Positions 48,999-59,250 of a stretch of DNA of 64,000 nt are shown one piece after another. The DNA lies in contig OZ220696.1 in the NCBI GenBank assembly GCA_965116495.1, forward strand, positions 1,792,001 to 1,856,000. Reading direction: 5' to 3'. The stretch comes from Gammaproteobacteria bacterium. GTDB taxonomy: Bacteria; Pseudomonadota; Gammaproteobacteria; Eutrophobiales; Eutrophobiaceae. Positions within the stretch are counted from its first letter, which is position 1; each line of letters begins with the position of its first letter. The notes below the pieces were generated by a model that did not search any database, was not told the origin of the DNA, and saw nothing but the letters and a program-made list of their open reading frames with translations. A program made the translations under genes and the position numbers.

Positions 48999-50000
48999 TT
49001 AACCCGTTTCTGGTTTGGGTTCCCGGGCCAGTAATTCATGTACCGCATCGTGCGGGGTGACCTTGCCGTCAATGACATTAAGGACTTGCCTGCTGATGGG
49101 CATGTCTACCGCGTATTTCCCGGCCAGTGCACAGACGACCCGGGTGGTATGCAAGCCTTCAACGGCCTGACCGATTTCCGCCATTGCCTGATCCGGGGTC
49201 TTGCCCCGAGCCAGGGCCAGGCCAAAACGCCTGTTGCGGGACTGGTCATCGGTGCAGGTCAGCGCCAGGTCGCCAAGACCGGCAAGACCCATGAAGGTGT
49301 CAACCCTGGCCCCCATCGCCTGGCCCAAGCGCATGATCTCAGCCAGTCCCCTGGACATCAACGCGGCCCGGGTGTTGGCGCCGTAGTGCAGACCGTCGGC
49401 AATGCCGGCAGCGATTGCCATGACGTTTTTTACCGCGCCTCCGACTTGCACACCGATAACATCGTCATGGGTATAGGTCCTGAACACCTTACAATGGAGC
49501 AGTGCTGAAAATTCAGCGGCAACAGACGGGTCCTGTGCGGCGATTGTCACCGCAGTCGGCAGGCCTTGCGCCACTTCCCGCGCGAACGACGGGCCGGACA
49601 ACACCGCGACGGGTACCCCGGGCAGGTATTTCTCCACCAGCACATGGTTCAATGACAGGGTGTTCGGCTCGATACCCTTGCAGGCCAGGCAAATCCTGAA
49701 ATTCCTCTCGGGCAGGGATTGCAACTCCGCCAGTACGTCCGTCAACCCGGCGCAAGGCACCACGATCAATACATGCCCTGCCCCTGCAGGCAACGGCGTA
49801 AACCGGGGGACAGTCGTCAACGCGTCAGGGAAAGAATGGCCGGGGAGATGGTGGTTGTTACACCTTTCCGCTCTCAGCTTTTCCACGTGTGAGGCCAAGC
49901 AATCCCACAGGTAGGTCCGGTGCCCGTTACGCGCCAGCACCAGGGCCAGCGCGGTCCCCCACGAACCGGCGCCGACAACCATAACCGGGCTAGCCTGCAT
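48999..50000 (-). CDS. gpsA: NAD(P)H-dependent glycerol-3-phosphate dehydrogenase
   Basis: GAGSWGTALA, SGPSFAREV, GGAVKNV, GDLALTCTDDQSRN. Confidence 0.97.
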   Translation of the reverse strand: MQASPVMVVGAGSWGTALALVLARNGHRTYLWDCLASHVEKLRAERCNNHHLPGHSFPDALTTVPRFTPLPAGAGHVLIVVPCAGLTDVLAELQSLPERNFRICLACKGIEPNTLSLNHVLVEKYLPGVPVAVLSGPSFAREVAQGLPTAVTIAAQDPSVAAEFSALLHCKVFRTYTHDDVIGVQVGGAVKNVMAIAAGIADGLHYGANTRAALMSRGLAEIMRLGQAMGARVDTFMGLAGLGDLALTCTDDQSRNRRFGLALARGKTPDQAMAEIGQAVEGLHTTRVVCALAGKYAVDMPISRQVLNVIDGKVTPHDAVHELLAREPKPETG

Positions 50001-50017
50001 AGCTTACCAAACAAAGT

Positions 50018-50107
50018 AACGGGGTCAGGTCGCACATTGCACACGCAAATAAATGAGTGTTCAACTTAATCGACCTCTGCGTGTGCAATGTGCGACCTGA
50101 CCCCGTT
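50018..50107. repeat. Perfect 30-bp inverted repeat with 30-nt loop (GGGGTCAGG variant of family A)
   Basis: AACGGGGTCAGGTCGCACATTGCACACGCA at 50018-50047 and its exact reverse complement at 50078-50107. Confidence 0.92.
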
Positions 50108-50111
50108 GCTC

Positions 50112-50600
50112 TCAATGCTGTTTTTCCTTCTCGGCAGCCTGTTTCTGCTGGTGCTGCAAGTACAGGGCGTCAAAATTTACCGGCGCCAGCAGCAGTTGGG
50201 GGAATCCCGCCCGAACAACCAGATCGGATACCATTTCACGCGCATACGGAAACAGGATGTTCGGACACACAGTCGCCACCATGCGGCCGATGAGTTCCTT
50301 GGGAAAATCGGCCATGAGAAAAATACCGGCCTGCTGCACCTCCGCCAGGTAGATCGTCTTGTCTTCATGACTTACCGTTGCAGTGACGGACAGGGTCACT
50401 TCATACAGGTTCTCTCCCAGGTCATCAGCCGAGTTGGCAATGTCCATGTGAACGGACGGTCTCCATTGTTCCCGGAATACCTGTGGAGAGTTGGGAGTCT
50501 CCAGCGATACGTTCTTCACGTATATCTTCTGAATTTCAAATTGTCCGCGCTGGTTCGAACCTGTTGCTGCCGGTTGTTGATTTTCCTGCTCGTCTGCCAT
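50112..50600 (-). CDS. secB: Protein-export chaperone SecB
   Basis: FEIQKIYVKNVSLETPNSP, EVQQAGIF, CPNILFPYARE, APVNFDALY. Confidence 0.97.
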   Translation of the reverse strand: MADEQENQQPAATGSNQRGQFEIQKIYVKNVSLETPNSPQVFREQWRPSVHMDIANSADDLGENLYEVTLSVTATVSHEDKTIYLAEVQQAGIFLMADFPKELIGRMVATVCPNILFPYAREMVSDLVVRAGFPQLLLAPVNFDALYLQHQQKQAAEKEKQH

Positions 50601-50624
50601 CAGTTTTCTCCTTACTTCAAATGA

Positions 50625-51050
50625 TTAATCACGGGCGACCGGCAGGTTTGCGCTACGCCAGGACTCCAATCCACCCTTCAATGAATAGACCTTCTGGTAT
50701 CCGGCAATCTTCAGTATGCGCCCCGCCTTTATACCATCCGCATCGCGACCGCAACACAAAATTATGGGATTCGATTTGTGTTTTTGCAGTTCTTTCTTCC
50801 GCTCCTCCAACTCAGCGGCAGGGATACTGCGCGCACTCAGGATATGACCTGATGAGAAATCGGCAGCCGTGCGCAAATCGAGCAGCAGCGCTTTTTCATG
50901 GTTCATCAAACGCGTCACTTCCGCAGGATTGATCCGGGCAACACCGGATAACGAGGAGCCGAAGATATTCCATAACAGCAAAGCCAGGACGGCAACGAAC
51001 AAAGATACCAACCCCAGGTGATTGGCGATGAATTCTGGTAATCGTTCCAT
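50625..51050 (-). CDS. Rhodanese-like membrane protein (YibN-like)
   Basis: N-terminal TM segment, DLR...F..GHI, LKGGLESW...NLPV; upstream of secB. Confidence 0.88.
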   Translation of the reverse strand: MERLPEFIANHLGLVSLFVAVLALLLWNIFGSSLSGVARINPAEVTRLMNHEKALLLDLRTAADFSSGHILSARSIPAAELEERKKELQKHKSNPIILCCGRDADGIKAGRILKIAGYQKVYSLKGGLESWRSANLPVARD

Positions 51051-51245
51051 TCGGATAACAGTTTCCGGTTGTCGGATGACCGTGGATTATACAGGAATCA
51101 AAGGACAGTTTCTGCCGGATCCTCAGCGCGGCAGTTGCGCCATTCCCGCGCAGGCAAAGTCCCCTTTTCTCGTTATCGGTTCCCCGTTTCTGGTAGAATG
51201 CCGTTTTTTCCGACGGACAATATCCGATACGTATCTGCGGCAGCT

Positions 51246-52808
51246 ATGCAACTAACTCACCGTCCCATGGTTCTGATCATCCTTGATGGCTGGGGCTACT
51301 CGGAAAATACCGCCTACAACGCGATTCACAGCGCAAGAAAACCCGCCTGGGACTACCTGTGGGATAACTTCCCGCATACCCTGTTGAATGCGTCCGGGAT
51401 GGACGTGGGCCTGCCCGCCAGGCAAATGGGCAATTCGGAGACAGGCCACATGAATATCGGTTCAGGTCGAATAGTCGATCAGGAATTTACCCGAATTACG
51501 AAGGCGATTGAAAACAGGTCATTTTTTGAAAACCGGGTATTGAAAGACGCACTGGCCGCTGCCGCAAGGAAAGGCAGCGCCGTCCATCTCATGGGACTGT
51601 TGTCCCCGGGAGGGGTACACAATCACCAGGAACATATATTCGCCCTGCTGGAGTTTGCAGCAGACTATGATGTCAGGGAGATCTACCTGCACGCGTTCCT
51701 GGACGGCAGGGATACGCCGCCGAAGAGCGCCGAAGAGTATATGGATGAGGCATACCTGAAGATGCGGGAACTCGGTAAAGGCCGCTTTGCCAGTGTGGTC
51801 GGTCGCTATTACGCCATGGACCGGAATAACCACTGGGACAGGACTCAAATCGCGTACAAGCTGATAACAGCCGCCGAAGCGGAATACAGGTCGGTTGACG
51901 CATTTATCGCCGTGGACATGGCTTATGCCCGCGGTGAGACGGACGAATTCGTGAAACCCACCGTTATCACACAACGTGATGGCACGGCCGCCGGGATCGA
52001 ACAGGGCGACGTGGTTATCTTCAGCAACTACCGGGCCGACCGGGCCAGGCAGTTGGCCGAAGCATTCACGGCGGCAGATTTCAATGGTTTTCCCCGCGCA
52101 AAACCCGTTGACCTGACTGCATTCATCAGTATGACCGAGTACAGGTCGGACTTCGATTTTCCGGTCCTGTTCCCACCCGCCCACCTGAAGAACGTGCTGG
52201 GTGAATACCTGGCGAATTCGGGCATGAAGCAACTGCGCATTGCGGAAACCGAAAAATACGCTCACGTCACTTTTTTCTTCAACGGCGGCGAGGAGCAGAT
52301 ATTCGGGGACGAAGACCGGATACTGGTGCCGTCTCCCCGCGTGGCTACCTACGACCTGTGCCCCGAGATGAGTGCGGTCGAAGTGACGGAGCGCCTGCTG
52401 GCGGCGATTTCCGCAGAAAAATACGACGTGATCATCTGCAATTTTGCCAATGCGGATATGGTAGGCCATACAGGAGACTTCGATGCGGCGGTCAAGGCCG
52501 TTGAAACCATTGATTCATGTATCGGTAAAATTGTCAACCAGACCCGGCGCGTGGGCGGGGAAATACTGATAACGTCCGATCACGGCAATGCCGAGCAGAT
52601 GCGTTCATTCATCACGGAAAAAGTCAGGGAACACGCACATACGGCCCATACCGGCAACCCGGTACCGCTCGTCTATGTCGGCCGTCCCGCTGAAGTGGCG
52701 CCCAGCACTACCGCAGCCTTGTGTGACGTTGTTCCGACCATGTTATACATCATGGGTATGGAAAAACCGGAAGAGATGACCGGTAATGCCCTGTTCAGAC
52801 TGTGTTGA
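51246..52808 (+). CDS. gpmI: 2,3-bisphosphoglycerate-independent phosphoglycerate mutase
   Basis: LIILDGWG, QMGNSETGH, DGRDTPP, AETEKYAHVTFF, TSDHGNAE; start placed at ATG 51246. Confidence 0.96.
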   Translation: MQLTHRPMVLIILDGWGYSENTAYNAIHSARKPAWDYLWDNFPHTLLNASGMDVGLPARQMGNSETGHMNIGSGRIVDQEFTRITKAIENRSFFENRVLKDALAAAARKGSAVHLMGLLSPGGVHNHQEHIFALLEFAADYDVREIYLHAFLDGRDTPPKSAEEYMDEAYLKMRELGKGRFASVVGRYYAMDRNNHWDRTQIAYKLITAAEAEYRSVDAFIAVDMAYARGETDEFVKPTVITQRDGTAAGIEQGDVVIFSNYRADRARQLAEAFTAADFNGFPRAKPVDLTAFISMTEYRSDFDFPVLFPPAHLKNVLGEYLANSGMKQLRIAETEKYAHVTFFFNGGEEQIFGDEDRILVPSPRVATYDLCPEMSAVEVTERLLAAISAEKYDVIICNFANADMVGHTGDFDAAVKAVETIDSCIGKIVNQTRRVGGEILITSDHGNAEQMRSFITEKVREHAHTAHTGNPVPLVYVGRPAEVAPSTTAALCDVVPTMLYIMGMEKPEEMTGNALFRLC

Positions 52809-53968
52809 TTGAGTTGGCCGGACCGGCCCTGAAACGAGAAGCCATACCGGTATGGTTTTTTCCCGCACTCTGCCTGCTGCTCGCTCCCATATGCTGGGCC
52901 GCTGAAACGGAGACTACGGAAAAGGAAATCGAGTCGGTCAAATCGCAAATCAAGACTGTCCAGACCAGGATCAGGTCAGCAGAGAACGAGCTTGAGCAAA
53001 TGCTGGCGGAATTGCAGCAGTATGAAATCGCTGCCGCCGACGTGACAATGGCGCTCAGGCAACTCAACTCCGCTATCAGCGCCAAACAGGACGGGCTGGC
53101 GACCCTGAACGAGGAACTCGATCAACTTGGTGAAAACCTCCGGCAGGAAAAAAAACTGTTATCCGAACAGGTGCGTGCGATGTACCGGACGGGCAGGAAT
53201 GACTACATCAAATTACTCCTGAACCAGGAAAACCCGACACTGTTCGGGAGGGTTCTGACCTACCATGATTATTACAACCGGGCCAGGACAGAACGGATAG
53301 GCGCAATCAAGCTCACGCAGGATCAGCTGGAGGTATTGCAGGAAAATATCAATAGTGATAAGGAAGAATTGATTTCCCTGCGGTCCGGCAAGGAAGCGAA
53401 ACTGGCTGAACTGAATGCATACCGCCGGGGCCGGGAGAAATTACTGGTCAGGTCAAGGCGCTTTATCGATGACCAGGACAGGCAGTTACAGGTATTACTG
53501 AAAACCGAGCGGGACCTGGCGGAGTTACTCACGAGGCTGAAACGCAGTGAAGAGGTTTACGCAGATGAACCACCGTTTGCCAGTCTCAAAGGAAAATTGA
53601 AATGGCCGGTACGTGGTAAAATAACAAGTCGTTATGGCGAAATAAAAAAAGACGGAAAACTGAAGTCCCGGGGAATTACCTTCGCCTCTGCGGCCGGGAC
53701 CGAAGTGCACGCAATCACTTCCGGTACGGTCATCTACGCAGACTGGTTCAGAAACCTGGGTTTGCTGTTGATACTGGATCATGGTAACGGGTTTATGAGT
53801 TTGTACGGATATAACGAAGTTCTACTGAAGAAAGCCGGGGACCGGGTCGGGAAGAATAACCCCATAGCCAGAACCGGGGATACGGGAGGCCAGAAGAATC
53901 CCGGCCTCTATTTTGAGATCAGACGGGAGGGAAACCCCTTGAATCCATCTTTGTGGTGCAGGAGTTGA
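52802..53968 (+). CDS. envC: Murein hydrolase activator EnvC (coiled coil plus M23 domain)
   Basis: Coiled coil, KGKLKWPV, DHGNGFMSLYG, LYFEIR; start uncertain. Confidence 0.88.
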   Translation: MLIELAGPALKREAIPVWFFPALCLLLAPICWAAETETTEKEIESVKSQIKTVQTRIRSAENELEQMLAELQQYEIAAADVTMALRQLNSAISAKQDGLATLNEELDQLGENLRQEKKLLSEQVRAMYRTGRNDYIKLLLNQENPTLFGRVLTYHDYYNRARTERIGAIKLTQDQLEVLQENINSDKEELISLRSGKEAKLAELNAYRRGREKLLVRSRRFIDDQDRQLQVLLKTERDLAELLTRLKRSEEVYADEPPFASLKGKLKWPVRGKITSRYGEIKKDGKLKSRGITFASAAGTEVHAITSGTVIYADWFRNLGLLLILDHGNGFMSLYGYNEVLLKKAGDRVGKNNPIARTGDTGGQKNPGLYFEIRREGNPLNPSLWCRS

Positions 53969-53978
53969 AATAAACAGA

Positions 53979-55289
53979 ATGAACATGAACACAGTAAAAG
54001 CATTCCTCATTGTCTTACTTTTCACCGGCCAGATCATCCATGCCGAAGATACCCTGGGACCTGAAGCGGGGGAGTTACCCGTAGATCAGATCAGGACGTT
54101 TGCAGAGGTATTCGCCAAGATAAAAAAAGACTACGTAGAAAACGTGGAAGACGGCACTCTCCTGGAAAATGCGATCAAGGGTATGCTGGAAGGCCTGGAT
54201 CCGCATTCTTCCTACCTTGATGAAGACGCCTACCTGGATTTGCAGGAGGGGACCTCGGGAGAGTTCGGCGGTCTGGGAATTGAAGTGGGCATGGAAGATG
54301 GATTTATCAGAGTGATCTCACCAATCGATGATACCCCGGCACAAAAGGCAGGGCTGCAATCCGGTGACCTGGTCATTCGCCTGGATGAAACACCGGTAAA
54401 AGGCATGTCATTAAATGATGCCGTCACGCGTATGCGGGGAGAGCCGGGTACCGATATCACCCTGACCATAATCAGGGAAGGTGAGGAAAAACCGCTTAAA
54501 GTTACCATTACCAGGGATGTGATCAAAGTGAAAAGTGTCAGAACACAAACCCTGGAACCGGGTTTCGGATACCTGCGCGTCTCACACTTTCAATCCCGCA
54601 CCGCAGAAGATGCCAGGGCCAGCCTGCAACAATTGAAACAGAACAATAACGGTAACCTGAATGGGCTGATCCTGGACCTCAGGAATAATCCCGGCGGCAT
54701 TCTCAGCGCTGCAGTCGGTATTTCCGACCTGTTCCTGGACAAGGGTCTGATTGTCTACACGGAAGGCCGTATTGATGATTCAAAATTAAAATTCAACGCT
54801 AAGCCGGCAGACATACTGGATAGTGCACCCATGGTGGTCCTGGTTAACGCCGGTTCCGCTTCCGCCTCCGAAATCGTGGCAGGCGCCCTCCAGGATCACA
54901 AGCGCGCGATCATCATGGGGCAGAAAACCTTCGGCAAGGGTTCCGTCCAGACGGTATTGCCCATATCCAACGCCGCTGCACTGAAATTGACGACTGCGCG
55001 TTATTTCACGCCATCAGGCCGCTCCATACAGGTTTCAGGAATAGAACCCGATATTGTCATTTCCCGGGTCAAGGTTGAATCCCTGGAAGAAGAAACTCAC
55101 ATCATTACAGAGGAAAACCTGACCAGACACCTGGATAACGATACACAAGACGATACCCCGCAGGAAACGACGGATGGAGAGGAAGCTACAGCAGAGCAGA
55201 TCAAGGCGCGGTTATTGGAGGATTATACCCTGCAGCAAGCCCTTAACGTGCTGAAAAGCCTGCAGATATTGACGGCCGAAGCGGAGTAG
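53979..55289 (+). CDS. ctpA: S41 carboxyl-terminal processing protease
   Basis: LDPHSSY, PDZ GGLGIEV, DLRNNPGG, SASASEIVAGALQDH, TFGKGSVQ. Confidence 0.93.
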   Translation: MNMNTVKAFLIVLLFTGQIIHAEDTLGPEAGELPVDQIRTFAEVFAKIKKDYVENVEDGTLLENAIKGMLEGLDPHSSYLDEDAYLDLQEGTSGEFGGLGIEVGMEDGFIRVISPIDDTPAQKAGLQSGDLVIRLDETPVKGMSLNDAVTRMRGEPGTDITLTIIREGEEKPLKVTITRDVIKVKSVRTQTLEPGFGYLRVSHFQSRTAEDARASLQQLKQNNNGNLNGLILDLRNNPGGILSAAVGISDLFLDKGLIVYTEGRIDDSKLKFNAKPADILDSAPMVVLVNAGSASASEIVAGALQDHKRAIIMGQKTFGKGSVQTVLPISNAAALKLTTARYFTPSGRSIQVSGIEPDIVISRVKVESLEEETHIITEENLTRHLDNDTQDDTPQETTDGEEATAEQIKARLLEDYTLQQALNVLKSLQILTAEAE

Positions 55290-55336
55290 GGATGTTTGGG
55301 AAGATTAACCAGGTCGCCTGAACCAACCGGAACCCC

Positions 55337-55363
55337 GGGGTCAGAGTATGTCACTCTGACCCC
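55337..55363. repeat. Family A palindrome supplying the stop codon of the YiiD-like gene
   Basis: GGGGTCAGAGT-ATGTC-ACTCTGACCCC; minus-strand TGA at 55351-55353. Confidence 0.9.
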
Positions 55364-55815
55364 AAATATCTTACCGAGTATTTCCCGGTGAACTTTACTA
55401 CCGGGCCCCCGGCATCTTGTACCACGACGTTGAGGGCGATTTTAGCTTTGTGCCGGGTTGTTAGGGCAGTAAAAAAGTCCTCGATGATTTCCGTGTCGGG
55501 CGCGACGCAGGTTGCGCAAAAATCGCCAACCGCCGGTTTGATGTAGTTTATTTCACCCTTGTAGACGGCAATATCTGCGTCAATCCCCCGCTCCGCCAGT
55601 TTTACGAACAACAGGCTCCAGCCGCACAGGGCGGCGATGGAATAGGAACTGCCGGCGAAGGCCGTTTGCTTGTCATTGAGATTAGGTGATGCAGGAGCGC
55701 TCAACCTCAACCGGCTCCCGTCATAGCTGTCCGCTGTTATCCCCATGGCGCGGGTGATTGGAATACATCGCTCCAGCGTGTCATTCAGCAGGACTAACGG
55801 ATCGATATCTGCCAT
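55351..55815 (-). CDS. YiiD C-terminal thioesterase-like (hotdog) protein
   Basis: IPITRAMGI, APASPNLNDKQTAFAGS, LCGWS, F.GKY. Confidence 0.82.
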   Translation of the reverse strand: MADIDPLVLLNDTLERCIPITRAMGITADSYDGSRLRLSAPASPNLNDKQTAFAGSSYSIAALCGWSLLFVKLAERGIDADIAVYKGEINYIKPAVGDFCATCVAPDTEIIEDFFTALTTRHKAKIALNVVVQDAGGPVVKFTGKYSVRYLGSE

Positions 55816-55836
55816 TTCATTTTAGATTTGAACTAT

Positions 55837-55879
55837 GGGGTCAGAGTAAGAAATTCGCCAGAACTTTTACTCTGACCCC
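55837..55879. repeat. Family A palindrome
   Basis: GGGGTCAGAGTAAGAAATTCGCCAGAACTTTTACTCTGACCCC, just downstream of ubiB. Confidence 0.9.
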
Positions 55880-55887
55880 AAATATCT

Positions 55888-57549
55888 TTACAATTTGCTC
55901 AATACCTTTATGACCAGCCAGCCGCCGGTTATGCCAAGCAGCAGGGGCAGCAGGGGAAACCCACCTATCATCCAGGAGGGGTGGCCAATCAGGTAGAATA
56001 CCAGGGCGGCCAGTACAAGGGCGCAACCGACGATCACGCGGATATTGTTCCTGTTATTCCTGCGTATTTCCCTGCGTAGTCCGTCGATCTCGCCTGATTT
56101 CAACTCCACCTGGAACCGGCCGTCGTGCAGGCGGTCTACCAGTTCCATCACCTTGTGGGGGAACTGGGGAAGGCGGTTGAGCCAATAGGGAACGCTGTCC
56201 CTGGTTCCTTTCAGCATGGTGCGGAGGCCCACGCGGCTGTCCAGCCAGCGTTGCATGATGGGTTTGGCCGTGGCCCAGAGATCCAGGTCGGGGGATAACT
56301 GGCGACCAAGACCTTCGATATTGACCAGTGTTTTCTGTAGCAACAGCAGTTGCGGCAGTATGACCATATTGAAGCGCCGGGCCGTTTGAAACAGCCGCAT
56401 CAACAGTGTGCCGATTGAAATTTCCCGGATGGGACGGTCAAACAACGGCTCACAGACCGTGCGGATGGCAAACTCAAACTCATCTACCCTCGTGCCGGGA
56501 GGGACCCAGCCCGATTCGATATGCAATTCGGCAACCCGCTGGTAGTTACGCTGTAAAAAAGCCAGGAAGTTATCCGCCAGGTAGCGTTGATCAAATTCAC
56601 TCAGGGAACTCATGATGCCGAAATCCACCATCATGATGCGCGCGCGCCCGTCACTGCCCGGCTGGACAAAGATATTGCCGGGATGCATATCCGCATGGAA
56701 AAAACCGTCCCGGAAAACCTGGGTGAAAAAAATCTCTACACCCCGTTCAGCCAGCCATTTCAGGTCCACTCCTGCCTTTTCCAAGGCCGGTACATCGCTG
56801 ATGGGTATCCCGGACACGCGTTCCATTACCATCACATCCCGGTTAGTCAATTCCCAGACTACCTCGGGAACGTACAAAACTTCAGAGTCGGAAAAATTGC
56901 GCCGTAACTGGGATGCCGAGGCTGCTTCTCTCATTAGATCCAGTTCGCCAAACAGGGTATTCTCAAATTCCGCAACAACTGACGTGGGTTTCAGGCGTCT
57001 CGCATCACGAGAATACCGTTCAAGGGTCTCAGCGAGAATATTGATGATGTCAAGATCGCGCCGTATTACCTTGTGAATCTCCGGGCGAATGACCTTGACG
57101 ATCATCGAACGGCCATCCTGGAGTGAGGCGGCATGGACCTGGGCTACAGACGCAGAAGCCAGCGGAGCTTCATCGAATTCATGGAATACTTCTTCTATCT
57201 CTTTGCCCAATGCCCGTTCTATAATTTCCCTGGCGATGCTGCCGGGAAACGGCGGGACCTTATCCTGCAACTTCGCCAGTTCAACGGCGATGTCGTCCGG
57301 TAACATATCGCGCCGGGTTGATAGCTGTTGACCGAACTTGACGAAAATCGGTCCCAGGTCCTGCAAGGCCAGGCGCAGCCTGACACCCCTGGGCTGCTCT
57401 ATCCTGCGTAACCAGTTCCACGGCAACAGGCGCTGTAACCATCTTACCGACCGGAACAGGTGCAAGGTAAAGACCAGTTCATCCAGACCGTGTTTCAATA
57501 ACACGCGTTGGATGGTTAGCAATCTTAATATTTGTCCTATGCCTAACAT
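55888..57549 (-). CDS. ubiB: Ubiquinone biosynthesis kinase-like protein UbiB
   Basis: LGPIFVKFGQQLSTRRD, ASASVAQVH, FFHADMHPGN, DFGI. Confidence 0.96.
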   Translation of the reverse strand: MLGIGQILRLLTIQRVLLKHGLDELVFTLHLFRSVRWLQRLLPWNWLRRIEQPRGVRLRLALQDLGPIFVKFGQQLSTRRDMLPDDIAVELAKLQDKVPPFPGSIAREIIERALGKEIEEVFHEFDEAPLASASVAQVHAASLQDGRSMIVKVIRPEIHKVIRRDLDIINILAETLERYSRDARRLKPTSVVAEFENTLFGELDLMREAASASQLRRNFSDSEVLYVPEVVWELTNRDVMVMERVSGIPISDVPALEKAGVDLKWLAERGVEIFFTQVFRDGFFHADMHPGNIFVQPGSDGRARIMMVDFGIMSSLSEFDQRYLADNFLAFLQRNYQRVAELHIESGWVPPGTRVDEFEFAIRTVCEPLFDRPIREISIGTLLMRLFQTARRFNMVILPQLLLLQKTLVNIEGLGRQLSPDLDLWATAKPIMQRWLDSRVGLRTMLKGTRDSVPYWLNRLPQFPHKVMELVDRLHDGRFQVELKSGEIDGLRREIRRNNRNNIRVIVGCALVLAALVFYLIGHPSWMIGGFPLLPLLLGITGGWLVIKVLSKL

Positions 57550-57558
57550 TGACCCATT

Positions 57559-57735
57559 ATCCGCAGATGACGCAGATTAACGCAGATGATATTGATTTGA
57601 TCCGCAGCTTATACAAACTGCCGTGACGGGATATGCCGTTTCCCGGGCGGCTGTTTCTGAGTGAGCGCCGAACCCGGCTTACAGTCTCACAGCAAAGATA
57701 TTTTTTATCTGCGCGCATCTGCGTAATCTGCGGAT
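57559..57735. repeat. Inverted pair of family C repeats
   Basis: ATCCGCAGATGACGCAGATTAACGCAGAT at 57559-57587; reverse copy at 57707-57735 overlapping the ubiJ 3' end. Confidence 0.87.
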
Positions 57736-58310
57736 AGTTTATGAAATCTTTGTTTGAGGCGCTCGAGGTCATCGCGTAATACGTCAACCGAATCATTAAA
57801 GCGCTCGATTTCTTCGCGGTCAGGCACTATCTCCGTTTCGTACAAGGCGTATTCACCCAGGTCCAGCTCGATTTTATTCTTCAACTGGCGTAAAAAATCC
57901 ATTCCCATTCGCACCGTATTGGATATTTTCCTTGCCGGGGTATCGCCAACCAGTTGCGCCGCCTGTTCTTCCCAATCAACCTCGAACCTGTGCACCAACC
58001 GTTGAAATTCCTGTGCCAGGCCCAGGTCTCCCTTTATCTCCATAGCTCCCGCAACGGCCGCCCCACCCTGTCCGGACGAATGCATATAAGCCAGCAGGTT
58101 GAGTGGTGTGCCCCGGATCAGGACGTCCCCGGTTCCCGCATAATCCGTATTGACCTGAATACCCTGTTCTTCAATTACCAGGCTAATGACCGGCTGTGTC
58201 GTATTGATTAATTCTACCTGTATCACCTTGCCTGACAACCCGGACAACTCGTCCAGTGTTTCCGGGTCCAGGGACAGCAGGCGGTTAAGCAGGCGTTCCA
58301 AGGCATTCAT
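57705..58310 (-). CDS. ubiJ: Ubiquinone biosynthesis accessory factor UbiJ (SCP2)
   Basis: LNRLLSLDP, IKGDLGLAQ, DWEEQ...VGD, LRDDLERL; between ubiE and ubiB. Confidence 0.88.
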   Translation of the reverse strand: MNALERLLNRLLSLDPETLDELSGLSGKVIQVELINTTQPVISLVIEEQGIQVNTDYAGTGDVLIRGTPLNLLAYMHSSGQGGAAVAGAMEIKGDLGLAQEFQRLVHRFEVDWEEQAAQLVGDTPARKISNTVRMGMDFLRQLKNKIELDLGEYALYETEIVPDREEIERFNDSVDVLRDDLERLKQRFHKLSADYADARR

Positions 58311-58326
58311 AAGGAATATTTTTTGA

Positions 58327-58404
58327 CTGGATTCCGGCTTGCGCCGGAATGACGGGGCCGCTCAGGGGACTTAAGTCCGTCCCCGGATGTAAGTCCGCGC
58401 CCGG
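58327..58404. repeat. Family D REP followed by a family B palindrome and its partial duplicate
   Basis: CTGGATTCCGGCTTGCGCCGGAATGACG (58327-58354), GGGGACTTAAGTCCGTCCCC (58365-58384), then TAAGTCCGCGCCC. Confidence 0.82.
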
Positions 58405-58451
58405 TTGCATGGAATGGGGGCGGCGTGAAAAGGGGGTCCCCCCTCTTTTTT

Positions 58452-59186
58452 TCATAACTTGTACCCCTTGTGCAGGGCGACTATACCGCCGGACAAATTC
58501 AGGTAATCGACCCGGGAGAAACCGGCATCCTCCAGCATTGTTTTCAGCGTTTCCTGGTCGGGGTGCATCCTGATCGACTCGACCAGGTATCGATAACTGT
58601 CAGGATCCTGGACGACCAGGTTACCCAGGGCCGGGATCGCATGAAACGAATACTTGTCATAAACCTGTCCCAGCAGGTCAGAAGTCACCCGGGAAAATTC
58701 CAGGATAATAACCGGACTGCCGTACTTCAGCTTGGCGTGAACGGAGCGGAGCGCGGCCATCTTGTCGGTCATATTGCGTAGGCCGAAGGCAAGAGTGGCA
58801 CAATCAAAGCTGCCGTCCGCAAAAGGGAGTTGTTGCGCATTTGCGCGTACGTAATGCACATCGTTGATCAGTCCCTTGTCCACGAGTTTGTCCCTGCCGC
58901 ATTTCAACATGGCCTCGTTAATGTCGCACAGGACAACACCATAACCTGCCTGTTTCAGCAAGGCAGCCAAATCACCCGTCCCGGACGCTACATCCAGGAC
59001 CACGCAGCCGGCTCTCAGGCGGGCGAGGTGGATACACAAGCGTTTCCACAACCGGTGTATGCCGAAGGACATCAGATCGTTCATCAGGTCGTAGCGTAAT
59101 GCAACCGAACTGAAGACATCGTCCACGCGCCGGGTTTTCTCTCCCGGCGAGACAGTCTGGTAACCAAAATCAACCGGCCGGCTCAT
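58452..59186 (-). CDS. ubiE: Ubiquinone/menaquinone C-methyltransferase
   Basis: [44 protein letters not shown]. Confidence 0.96.
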   Translation of the reverse strand: MSRPVDFGYQTVSPGEKTRRVDDVFSSVALRYDLMNDLMSFGIHRLWKRLCIHLARLRAGCVVLDVASGTGDLAALLKQAGYGVVLCDINEAMLKCGRDKLVDKGLINDVHYVRANAQQLPFADGSFDCATLAFGLRNMTDKMAALRSVHAKLKYGSPVIILEFSRVTSDLLGQVYDKYSFHAIPALGNLVVQDPDSYRYLVESIRMHPDQETLKTMLEDAGFSRVDYLNLSGGIVALHKGYKL

Positions 59187-59250
59187 TGGATTTGCGGGGT
59201 CAGAATAAAATTATTTGATGGATGGGGGGTTATGCATGAATCCCGATTTT

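Noticed and set aside
51069-51245. 5' extension of gpmI (and similarly def 19351-19485, ORF 9561-9740, ligase 5865-5975)
   Set aside because: Family similarity begins at downstream starts; the extensions cover promoter regions or neighbouring genes.
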